A stretch of 64,000 bases of DNA from Candidatus Hodarchaeota archaeon (lineage in GTDB: Archaea > Asgardarchaeota > Lokiarchaeia > Sigyniarchaeales > SOKP01). A program made the translations under genes and the position numbers. Location of the stretch: positions 1-64,000 of the forward strand of contig JBHLKM010000003.1 in the NCBI GenBank assembly GCA_048886685.1, written 5' to 3'. The notes under the pieces are model-generated. The model was not told where the DNA came from, searched no databases, and worked only from the letters and a program-made list of their open reading frames with translations. Positions 1-8,957 of the stretch are shown piece by piece; the stretch's first letter is position 1, and the number at the start of each line of letters is the position of its first letter.

Positions 1-91
1 GCATTTCTGGTACTTCTATTACTACAGGTTCTTTGGCATCAGGTTGATAAAGCTCTTTTTGTGTCTTTTTAAAATCAATTTTTGCTGGCAA
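1..91 (-). CDS. GyrI-like small-molecule-binding domain protein, 5' fragment (runs off window edge)
   Basis: Hand translation from TTG at 91: MPAKIDFKKTQKELYQPDAKEPVVIEVPEM..., resembling the N-terminus of stand-alone GyrI-like proteins (IDFKKxxKELYxP...IEVPxM). GAAGGTG SD-like site upstream. Not in ORF track. Confidence 0.65.
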   Translation of the reverse strand, partial: MPAKIDFKKTQKELYQPDAKEPVVIEVPEM

Positions 92-116
92 TTACCTATA
101 CACCTTCTTTTAGGAT

Positions 117-251
117 TTAGGAATCTCTTGGTTGAAATGAATTTGCAGGGCAATTATTAACATCAAGAGTTGCTGGAACTTCATGACCAAAGCAATCTCC
201 TTTTGTTTCATCAATAGGTTTATAAAATTTACAGTCTTTACATTGAGCCAT
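117..251 (-). CDS. 44-aa four-cysteine protein, candidate single [4Fe-4S]/metal-binding protein (HpdC/BssC-like Cys pattern)
   Basis: Hand translation MAQCKDCKFYKPIDETKGDCFGHEVPATLDVNNCPANSFQPRDS*; pattern C-x2-C-x12-C-x13-C; ATG start; 25 bp before the next gene. Below ORF-track cutoff. Confidence 0.7.
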   Translation of the reverse strand: MAQCKDCKFYKPIDETKGDCFGHEVPATLDVNNCPANSFQPRDS

Positions 252-298
252 TTTTTTATCACGTTAAGATTACTTCTAAGTTATTAAGTTATATAATT

Positions 299-356
299 AT
301 TTGTGACAATAAAAATCTAATTCTTTTACAAAATCTTTTTAAATTATGTCACAAAT
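299..356. promoter_or_regulatory. Inverted repeat in divergent promoter, candidate TrmB operator
   Basis: ATTTGTGACA (299-308) and TGTCACAAAT (347-356) are exact reverse complements separated by 38 bp, between divergent starts at 251 and 392. Confidence 0.5.
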
Positions 357-391
357 TATTTAACTAAGCAATTTAACACTTTTATCTTTAG

Positions 392-1411
392 TTGATTATG
401 AATACGAAATATATTTCTTTCCTTAATGAGATGGGATTTTCAAATATTCAAATTAATATTTATAGATATTTGTTAACTCACAAATATGGTACAATAAATG
501 ATATCAAAAATGACCTAAATTACTCATATACTCAAGTTTATCATAACTTACTTTTTCTAGAAGAGAATGAACTAATTGAATCATCTAATGATTCCAAACC
601 CAAAATATTTATCAGAAAAAGTCCAAAAATTGCCTTGACTGAATTGATAAACCTAAAATTCAATAATTTTAAAGATGAAGTTATAAAACTAGATGAAGAA
701 TTAAAGACCCAAGAGAGTAAATTCGGAAGATGTATTAGAGATATCACTTTTTACCATTATTCTGATATAAACCTGGCAATCGAAAACTTTTATGATCTAA
801 TAGAAAATACCCAGAAAGAGATTGTATTAACAGCTTTACCACCCATTTTATTAAAAAAATTAGAGCCAAGTCTTTATGAAGCATTCATGAGAGGTATAAA
901 GATAATAATTTATTTTAGTTCATTGGATTTTGAGATTATTTCGAATTATCTAGACATCATAACCGATATTTTAAAAAGAATTAAAGTAGAGATTATACAA
1001 ACTGAGCAAAGAACTTGCCAAGTTATTAGATATAATGACGACATTGTATATATGGGAAACATACTCTTAGACGAAGATTATTTGAATTCAATTGTTTTTA
1101 AAGAAGATGAGGTTTTTCATGTTGACGGTTTTAGAGGCCCATTCGCTAAACAGGCAAAAGGTTATTTACAAGTACTAGATGTAATAAAAAGGCTTGAAAT
1201 AGAGTATACTGAACCAATTCAACATGTTTTAAATATAATACGAGAAAATAAAGCCATAAAAACTCGGGACTTAAGCAGTAGAGCAAAAATGGGTGGAGCA
1301 AAATTACGAGAAATCTTGGAGTTCTTGATTAAGCAAGGAATAATAGAAGAAACAATAATAAAAGAAGAAAAAGCGGGACGCCCAAAAAGAGAATATTCAG
1401 TGATCACTTGA
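392..1411 (+). CDS. TrmB-family transcriptional regulator with an additional C-terminal winged HTH
   Basis: N-terminal TrmB HTH (LNEMGFS...IYRYLL...YTQVYHNLLFLEENELI...PKIF), coiled coil, effector domain (IENTQKEIVL...RGIKIII), C-terminal wHTH ending GRPKREY. Confidence 0.8.
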   Translation: MIMNTKYISFLNEMGFSNIQINIYRYLLTHKYGTINDIKNDLNYSYTQVYHNLLFLEENELIESSNDSKPKIFIRKSPKIALTELINLKFNNFKDEVIKLDEELKTQESKFGRCIRDITFYHYSDINLAIENFYDLIENTQKEIVLTALPPILLKKLEPSLYEAFMRGIKIIIYFSSLDFEIISNYLDIITDILKRIKVEIIQTEQRTCQVIRYNDDIVYMGNILLDEDYLNSIVFKEDEVFHVDGFRGPFAKQAKGYLQVLDVIKRLEIEYTEPIQHVLNIIRENKAIKTRDLSSRAKMGGAKLREILEFLIKQGIIEETIIKEEKAGRPKREYSVIT

Positions 1412-1839
1412 AAAAATAATATTAAATTTATGTTTTTATAAGGTTAACGGGCTTTTTTATCGGCATAATTAATACCTAATGTGCTTCTGTTTTTTTGTCG
1501 GCGCCATCTTACAAAACTGTTAATTACGTTCCTTCAGTACGTAATTTTGACAAAATATTCAAAACTAAATTATTAGGTTTTTATCATGTTATTGAATATT
1601 AGAAAATTTCTACACTGTATTGATTTATTTGATAACGTGGTTAAGATAGGATTATGTCAAAAGCAGTTGTTTCGTATTATGATTGGAAATTATCATTTAA
1701 TAAGAAAATTAATTCGAGTGAGGATGAATTAAAGGTTAATGAACATGTCAATACATTAGGTATTTCAGAATATAATTTTAAAGATTTTATAAAAAAATGG
1801 AAAGAAAAAAATTTTTCCTAAATTAAACTAAAAAAAAGA

Positions 1840-3537
1840 TTAAACTTCTTCTCCTCGTCGTCTTGCCTCTATATCTTTAAGATCCTTTCTCAAAACCTTT
1901 CCAACAAGAGTTTCCGGCAATTCTTTTCGAAATTCTATTTCTCTTGGGACTTTATATGGTGCTACATTTTTTCTGGCAAACTCTTTTATTTCAGCTTTCA
2001 TTTCATCACTTTCACGATAACCATCTTTCAAAACTATGAAGGCTTTTACTATTTCATTTCCAGCTGCCTTAGGGTCTGGAAGACCTATAATTGACGCATT
2101 TTCTATAGCCTCATGTTCAAATAACACATCTTCTACCTCCCTTGGATATACCTTGAATCCACTAATATTAATCATATCCTTCTTTCGATCTACTATATAT
2201 AAATATCCATGCTCATCCATCCTTCCTATATCACCTGTTAAAAGCCATTCACCTTTCAATTGATTTTCAGTTTCCTCTGGTTTATTCCAATAACCTTTCA
2301 TAACCTGGGGACCTTTAACCATTATTTCTCCCGATTCACCTTGGGGAACAATTTTTGTATAATCATCAATATCAACGATTTTATATTCCGTACTTGATAT
2401 TGCTAATCCTACAGAACCAATTTTTCTTGTTCCTTTTACGGGATTAACATGAGTTGCGGGTCCACATTCTGTCATTCCATATCCTTCTATTATTACAGCC
2501 CCTGTTCTTTCTTCAAATTCCTTCAGTACTTCTGGTGGCATTGGTGCAGCACCAGTATTACAAATTTTGATTGACCTGAGGTCTTTAGCATAGTCTTCAA
2601 GATCATCACGCTCTAATAGACGCATATACATCGTTGGGACGCCAGGAAACATTGCTGGGTGTGTTGCTTTAATTACTTCGAATAAACCCTTCTGATCTCG
2701 AGGATCAGCATGTAAAGCGATTGTTGTTCCACTAAATATAAAACTATTCATACAAACTTGCATTCCATATATATGGAACAATGGCAAAGTTGTAAGTGCC
2801 GTTTCTTTCCCTCTCCTAACTATAGATTTTGTCCATTCATACATCTGTACACAATTTGCTACCAGACTATAATGTGTAAGCATTGCTCCTTTAGGTAAAC
2901 CTGTCGTTCCCCCTGTATATTGGAGTACTCCAACATCTTCTTTTGCATTTGTTTCAAATTTAGGAGGATTTGGTTTTGTTTTATTGACTAAGTTTAGAAA
3001 TTGTATTGTCCCTGCTATATCAGGTGGTTCTCTTGTACCTAATGGGTTAGCTAGTGGAGCATAATCAAAGATATTGGTTATAATTATGTGCCTAAGACGT
3101 GTTCTTTCTTTAATATTATTAATCTTTTCGAGTTGGTTATCCCAAGCAATAATTATTTCGGCTCCAGAATCATTTAATTGATAAGCCAATTCGTGTTCTG
3201 TGTGGAGTACACTACAAGCGGTAACAATTCCTCCTGCCTTCAAGATACCGTAAAAACTAAATATAAATTGAGGCATATTTGGCAACATTATCGCGACTAC
3301 ATCACCTTTCTTCACACCCAAGTCTACAAGAGCAGTAGCTAATCTTTCAGCAATATCTTTGAATTTTTTATAATTAATTTTATGTTTTAAAAACCAAATT
3401 GCGGTTCGCCCACCAAATTCCTTTGTCGAATTATCGAGAAACTCAGAGATATTCATCTCTGGAATGTCCACTTCATGGGGTACGTCATCATCATAGTGTT
3501 TTAACCAAGGTTTTGCAGCATATGGATTTTCACTCAT
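1840..3537 (-). CDS. fadD: Long-chain-fatty-acid--CoA ligase (AMP-binding family)
   Basis: LQYTGGTTGLPKG AMP-binding motif, EGYGMTE, TGDIG, DRKKDMI, GKVLR. Confidence 0.92.
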   Translation of the reverse strand: MSENPYAAKPWLKHYDDDVPHEVDIPEMNISEFLDNSTKEFGGRTAIWFLKHKINYKKFKDIAERLATALVDLGVKKGDVVAIMLPNMPQFIFSFYGILKAGGIVTACSVLHTEHELAYQLNDSGAEIIIAWDNQLEKINNIKERTRLRHIIITNIFDYAPLANPLGTREPPDIAGTIQFLNLVNKTKPNPPKFETNAKEDVGVLQYTGGTTGLPKGAMLTHYSLVANCVQMYEWTKSIVRRGKETALTTLPLFHIYGMQVCMNSFIFSGTTIALHADPRDQKGLFEVIKATHPAMFPGVPTMYMRLLERDDLEDYAKDLRSIKICNTGAAPMPPEVLKEFEERTGAVIIEGYGMTECGPATHVNPVKGTRKIGSVGLAISSTEYKIVDIDDYTKIVPQGESGEIMVKGPQVMKGYWNKPEETENQLKGEWLLTGDIGRMDEHGYLYIVDRKKDMINISGFKVYPREVEDVLFEHEAIENASIIGLPDPKAAGNEIVKAFIVLKDGYRESDEMKAEIKEFARKNVAPYKVPREIEFRKELPETLVGKVLRKDLKDIEARRRGEEV

Positions 3538-3626
3538 TTTTAAATTCGATCTCTATTTTTTTTTTAAAAAAATACTATTAATTAATTTTATTTTATGATA
3601 GAGAAAAACCACAAATTATAATAAGG

Positions 3627-5081
3627 TTATTGTTCTGTTAAATCATCAATAGCATTAATAGCTGATTCACATACATAATCGCATTTATCATGAATTAACT
3701 CATTTAAATTTGAAATAACATCCTCTGTATTTACACCGATCTTCCCTAATGCTTCGGATGATCTCCATCTAACATCGGGATTTCTATCTTTTAATGCATT
3801 TAACAGGGAAGGGATGGCACTCTTAGCGATTTGACCTAATTTTCCTAAAGAAAGAGCAGCTTCACGTCGTACATTCTTTTTTGGATCATTCAAAGCCGAT
3901 TCCAATGCTAGAGTTGCATCTTGAGAATTAAATCCTATTTTTCCTAAGGCTCTTGTAGCTTCTATTCTAATTGATACCTTTCTTCCAATTGGGTCTTTTA
4001 GAAAATATAATAATGCTCGTTTCACATAGGGGAGCCAGTCAGCTTTTGGTTTAACGCCAGAAGTTTCACTCACCCTAATAAGGAAATCTTGTTCAGGTCT
4101 CTTTAGAAGATTCACAAGAGTGGGTATAGCTTCGCTAGCTTCTGTACCTACTCCCCCCAGAGCAGATATGATAATAACTTTCATTGAAGTTTTAGCTTTT
4201 TCAATTCCATTTATTAACGTAGGAACAGCATCTTTACCAATGGTTCTAAGCGAATCGGCAGCTTTTCCACGTACGACCTTATCTTTATCTTTTAATAAAA
4301 GTGATAATTTTTCATTGATTATTGGGTCTTTACTCTTCATTTCTCCTAAAACTTCAATCGCTGCTCTTCTCACTACAGGATCTTTATGGTTAAGAACTTG
4401 TAAAAGACTTGGAATAGCTTCTTCCCCTATCGCTGCTAGAGTGTTTACAACTCTAAAGCGTACTCTCCAATCCTTGTCGTTAAGAGCTTGAATTAAATCC
4501 GGGATTGCTTTCAAAGATCCTTTTCCAATTTTATTTATTGCGTGAGCTGAAGATGTTCTAACTTCCCAACTTACATCTTTTAGACTTTTCATCAGACTTG
4601 GGATTGCTCTATTCGCATCAGGACCGATCTCTCCAAGAGCTTTAGCAACTTCAGTACGAATCTCATCATTATTATCATTTAAAGCAATAATCAAGCTAGT
4701 AATTGATTCATCTGAAGGATTACCAATTTTACCCAAAGCTATAGCTGCCTCTTTTCGAATCGATTCTTCCTTATCATCTAACAATTTAGATAATTCTGGA
4801 ATTGCCTGCTTTGCGATACTCCCAATCTTGCCTAAAGATCGAGTTGCTTCGCGACATATACTCCAATCATCATCTTCTAAGCAACTAATTATTTTTGAGA
4901 TCGCATTTACTGATTTTTGGCCTAATTCTCCTAAAACTAATATTGAGTTGAATTTGATTGATCTACTTTCACTATCTAAATGTCCAATTACCTCATCAAT
5001 AATAGAAGGGTCTTTTTCGATTCTTGACAAAACTAAATCTGTTCGTGCATCTCTTAACAATTTTTCTAAAGGAGCGGACAT
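3627..5081 (-). CDS. HEAT-repeat (PBS lyase-like) alpha-solenoid protein
   Basis: About a dozen ~31-33-aa repeats of type L.D....VR..AA.ALG.IG..A..AIP.L; AAGGTGA SD upstream. Confidence 0.9.
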   Translation of the reverse strand: MSAPLEKLLRDARTDLVLSRIEKDPSIIDEVIGHLDSESRSIKFNSILVLGELGQKSVNAISKIISCLEDDDWSICREATRSLGKIGSIAKQAIPELSKLLDDKEESIRKEAAIALGKIGNPSDESITSLIIALNDNNDEIRTEVAKALGEIGPDANRAIPSLMKSLKDVSWEVRTSSAHAINKIGKGSLKAIPDLIQALNDKDWRVRFRVVNTLAAIGEEAIPSLLQVLNHKDPVVRRAAIEVLGEMKSKDPIINEKLSLLLKDKDKVVRGKAADSLRTIGKDAVPTLINGIEKAKTSMKVIIISALGGVGTEASEAIPTLVNLLKRPEQDFLIRVSETSGVKPKADWLPYVKRALLYFLKDPIGRKVSIRIEATRALGKIGFNSQDATLALESALNDPKKNVRREAALSLGKLGQIAKSAIPSLLNALKDRNPDVRWRSSEALGKIGVNTEDVISNLNELIHDKCDYVCESAINAIDDLTEQ

Positions 5082-5092
5082 CTTTGATCACC

Positions 5093-5806
5093 TTAAATTC
5101 CTAAATAAACTTCTTTAATTCGAGGTTCTTTCTGTAATTCTTCTTGTGTTCCTCTCATTTCAATCTTTCCTTCTTCAAGAACATGAATATACTCCGAAAC
5201 ATTCATGGCTAATACAGCATCTTGTTCAACTAGTAATGTGGTTGTTCCTTCTTGTTTTATTTTTTGAATAGCGTCAAAAATACTCTTCTTCACTTTTGGA
5301 GCTAAACCTAAAGAAGGTTCATCCAATAAAAGTAATTTTGGATCAGACATAAGTGAGCGGGCTATTGCAAGCATTTGCTGTTCTCCTCCACTTAGAGTCC
5401 CAGCACGCTGTTTTCGCCTTTCTTTTAGACGTGGAAAAGTTTCAAAAACAAAATCTCTAAGCCTCTTATATTTTTCTCTATCCTTTGTTAGATATGAGCC
5501 CATTTTAAGGTTATCTGCAACAGACATATCATAAAATAGCCTACGACGCTCAGGACAATGAGAAATTCCTTTTTTGGCAATTTTATGAGCTTTTAATTCG
5601 TCTATCCTTTCTCCTAGAAATTCTATTTTTCCCCTATCAGGTTCTTCTAAACCAGATATTACTCTAAGAAGTGTAGATTTTCCAGCCCCATTTGGACCAA
5701 TTACAGCATCAAGAGCTTTTTCTTCAATTTTTAAATTAACTTCTTCGAGTGCTCGTGCCTTTCCATAATAATGATAAATCTTTTTCATTTCAAGCAAATG
5801 CTTCAC
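5093..5806 (-). CDS. livF: Branched-chain amino acid-type ABC transporter ATPase
   Basis: GPNGAGKST Walker A, LSGGEQQMLAIAR signature, LLLDEPSLGLAP, EVYLG C-terminus. Confidence 0.93.
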   Translation of the reverse strand: MKHLLEMKKIYHYYGKARALEEVNLKIEEKALDAVIGPNGAGKSTLLRVISGLEEPDRGKIEFLGERIDELKAHKIAKKGISHCPERRRLFYDMSVADNLKMGSYLTKDREKYKRLRDFVFETFPRLKERRKQRAGTLSGGEQQMLAIARSLMSDPKLLLLDEPSLGLAPKVKKSIFDAIQKIKQEGTTTLLVEQDAVLAMNVSEYIHVLEEGKIEMRGTQEELQKEPRIKEVYLGI

Positions 5807-6530
5807 CTTTTCCTAAATATGCTTCTAATACTATTTTATTTTTAGCAACCTCTTGAGGAGGCCCATCAGTAATAAATTTACCTTGATGCATGGCAATTAC
5901 TCTTGGAACTAGTGTCATGAGCTCGCGCAATACATGACCTGTAATAAAGATTGTAACACCATCATCATGTAACTTTTTTATTAAATCAGTAATACCCAAT
6001 TGTTCTTCAAAAGAAAGACCACTAAAAGGTTCATCAAGAAGAAGTAATTCGGGATTAGTGCCAATAGCTTTTCCTATCTGAAGTTTTCTTAAATCTCCAT
6101 GAGGTAAAATAACAGGTGGTATTCTAGCTTTATCTACGAGACCAACTGAACCGAGAATTGCGCTAGCATATTGATCAGTCCCTATTTTTTTTGAAACTTC
6201 TTTACCTCTTGCTGAAAGACATGAAACTGTAACATTATCAAGAAGACTGAGGAATTTAAATGATCTTACTAATTGAAATGTTCTTGCAATTCCTAAATTT
6301 ACAATTTTATAAGGTTTTAATCCAGTAATATCAATTCCATCAAATCGAATTTTCCCTGAGCTTGGTTTCTCAAATCCCGAAATTAAATTAAACACCGTGG
6401 TTTTTCCCGCACCATTTGGACCAATTAAACCAACAAATTCTCCTCGCTTTATTTCAAAACTAAAATCATTTACTGCTGTCAAACCACCAAACTTCTTTGT
6501 TAAATTTCTAACTTCTAAAAGAATTCCCAT
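5790..6530 (-). CDS. livG: Branched-chain amino acid-type ABC transporter ATPase
   Basis: FGGLTAVND, GPNGAGKTT, GIARTFQ, LLLDEP, EAYLG. Confidence 0.93.
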   Translation of the reverse strand: MGILLEVRNLTKKFGGLTAVNDFSFEIKRGEFVGLIGPNGAGKTTVFNLISGFEKPSSGKIRFDGIDITGLKPYKIVNLGIARTFQLVRSFKFLSLLDNVTVSCLSARGKEVSKKIGTDQYASAILGSVGLVDKARIPPVILPHGDLRKLQIGKAIGTNPELLLLDEPFSGLSFEEQLGITDLIKKLHDDGVTIFITGHVLRELMTLVPRVIAMHQGKFITDGPPQEVAKNKIVLEAYLGKGEAFA

Positions 6531-6571
6531 TTTTTAACTCACTTTGATTCAAATTTATTTAATCCTAATTT

Positions 6572-7738
6572 CTACTTTCCTAATAATATATCCCATAAAT
6601 CTTTTAGATACTCTAAAGCAGGTTGTAAAATACCACGCTCAGAAAATCTAACTACAATAATCAAAATTAATGCAAAAAGTAATTGCACCCAATTTAGGAG
6701 TCCCGCTTCAATAAGTGCAAATTCAAGGAAGATAAAGAAAAAGGCTCCCAATGCTGATCCAGAAATTGTTGCTAGTCCGCCTAAGGATGCCATGATAATG
6801 ACTAAAAATGAATTTAACTGGCCGAGATTACCTGTAGGATTTACAGCCCCAATATATAAAGCATAAAAAGCCCCAGCAAATCCCGCGAAAAAGGCACTTA
6901 TCATAAATGCATAGATTTTATAGTCAGTTGTGTTAATTCCTGATGCTTCTGCTCCCATCTCGTCATCCCTAATAGATTTTAATATCGTCCCAAACTTAGA
7001 TTTAGTAATCTGAATTAAAATTATAAAGGAGATTATCATGAAAATGAACATTATATAATACTCTTCCAAAGGGTCTTTAGTTAATTTAGGTATAGCGGGT
7101 ATACCTTCTGAACCAAAAAATATATCAGCTAGTGATCCCATTAAGAATAACTTCAGCAGAATTAGGTTTAATACAAGAGTTCCTAATGCTAAATAGGGAC
7201 CTTTAAGTCTTAAACTTGGTATTCCAATCATTAAACCAAAAAATACCGCTCCTACAGAACCAGTAATAATCGCTAACCATATCGGGGATAATAAATAAAC
7301 AACAAACATAATAGCAACAAACAATAAATCACCCCCTACCAAAAAAAAGATAAGGATATGTAGTCTCTTCTTTTGAAAAATGATAAATAAACAAATAAAC
7401 GAAGCAACAAACAAAAAAATAAAACAAGCAAACCAACTTTCATATTTAATAAAGTAAGCACAGAGATACCCTGATATTCCAAAGAAAATAGCGTGTCCAA
7501 AACTAATTTGTCCAGCAATACCCGTTATAAAATCCCAACTTGCTGCAAAAATGCAAAAAATCAAAGCAAGAGATAAAGTTCGTATGAAAGTCCTCCGACC
7601 TTGGGAAATCAACGGAAGAAAAATAAGAATTAATATACAGAATATAGTTAATCCTCCACTGAAAGTAGTAACCCAAGACTTAAAATAACGAGGAAAAGCA
7701 GATACTTTTCGATTTAATTTTTCTATTATTTTTGACAT
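6572..7738 (-). CDS. livM: Branched-chain amino acid-type ABC transporter permease
   Basis: GQISFGHA, LRLKGPYLAL, SIRDDEMGAEASGIN, LGGL..ISG motifs. Confidence 0.9.
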   Translation of the reverse strand: MSKIIEKLNRKVSAFPRYFKSWVTTFSGGLTIFCILILIFLPLISQGRRTFIRTLSLALIFCIFAASWDFITGIAGQISFGHAIFFGISGYLCAYFIKYESWFACFIFLFVASFICLFIIFQKKRLHILIFFLVGGDLLFVAIMFVVYLLSPIWLAIITGSVGAVFFGLMIGIPSLRLKGPYLALGTLVLNLILLKLFLMGSLADIFFGSEGIPAIPKLTKDPLEEYYIMFIFMIISFIILIQITKSKFGTILKSIRDDEMGAEASGINTTDYKIYAFMISAFFAGFAGAFYALYIGAVNPTGNLGQLNSFLVIIMASLGGLATISGSALGAFFFIFLEFALIEAGLLNWVQLLFALILIIVVRFSERGILQPALEYLKDLWDILLGK

Positions 7739-7779
7739 TTCTTCTACTCATCCACTTAGAATAATTTTCTTATTTTTAA

Positions 7780-8742
7780 TTAGTCTACCTCTTTCTTTCC
7801 AAATAACCCTTGAGGTCTGATTAGAAGCATCACAATTATAATTATGATAGGTATTATATGAGCCCAGGATGCCCCGGGGAATTCCTCAATAAATATCGGT
7901 ACGATTATTGTTGTAAAACTACTTACATATGCTATAACGAAGGCACCAACAACACTTCCAAAAAGACTTCCCATCCCTCCAAGAATCACTACTGCGAATG
8001 AATTTGTTAAGTAGCCCCATCCCATATGTGGTCCATCGATGGTACCTCCTGGTAAATACAAGACAGCTGCGATACCTGCAAGAAATGCTGAGATCATAAC
8101 AGTATAAAAGAGAACTCTATTGGAATTTATGCCCATGAGAGTTGCTGCCTCACGGTCTTGGGAGACTGCCCGTATTGACTTCCCTAGCTTTGATTTATTG
8201 ATAAATACACCAAATAATAGTACAATTATTATAGAAATAATTATAAGAAAAATATACTGATTAATTAATGATATTCCTAAAACTTCTGTATCCCCTCTAA
8301 AGAATTTAAATTTCCCAATAGACCAAGTTTCTGAACCGTATTCTGTAGTCAATATCATTTGCTCAAAAAAAAAAGCTAGTCCAAAGGTGATTAAGACTAC
8401 CCCTACAGCAGATTCCTGTAAAGGTTTAATAAGTAATATATATGAAAGTCCCCCAATAATTGTTATAATAAGCAAAGCTAAAACTATCATCAGAAGACCA
8501 ATAGAAATATTTTCAAAACCTTCAGAAAATGAATTAAAACTAGCAGTAAAACCAAGAAAACCGGGAAATAAATAATCTGTCATCATTAAAAGCATATATC
8601 CAGTTAACATGAAATAGGCACCATGAGCTAAATTCATAATATTCCCTACTCCATAGACTAGAGAATATCCCATAGCAACTAAAGCATATACAGCACCTTG
8701 GAGAGCACCATTAAATAAAAAACTCAATAAATCCGAAATCAT
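7780..8742 (-). CDS. livH: Branched-chain amino acid-type ABC transporter permease
   Basis: YALVAMGYSLVYG..MNLAHG, IRAVSQDREAATLMGIN, VILGGMGS, RPQGLFG. Confidence 0.93.
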   Translation of the reverse strand: MISDLLSFLFNGALQGAVYALVAMGYSLVYGVGNIMNLAHGAYFMLTGYMLLMMTDYLFPGFLGFTASFNSFSEGFENISIGLLMIVLALLIITIIGGLSYILLIKPLQESAVGVVLITFGLAFFFEQMILTTEYGSETWSIGKFKFFRGDTEVLGISLINQYIFLIIISIIIVLLFGVFINKSKLGKSIRAVSQDREAATLMGINSNRVLFYTVMISAFLAGIAAVLYLPGGTIDGPHMGWGYLTNSFAVVILGGMGSLFGSVVGAFVIAYVSSFTTIIVPIFIEEFPGASWAHIIPIIIIIVMLLIRPQGLFGKKEVD

Positions 8743-8957
8743 AATTATTCACTATAGGGAAAATTTATAATTGTTGATAATTAATATTCTACTCGATTTT
8801 TTATAAATATAATCTTTTAACCATTAATAGACAAAAAAATCTATAAATAATTCCCGCAAAATCTTGCTTAATCAAGGTAAAGAAATATCTTACAATTGAA
8901 AAAAAAAAATAATTATTTAATTAATATTTTTAATTCGGCATTTAAAATTCAATTAAT

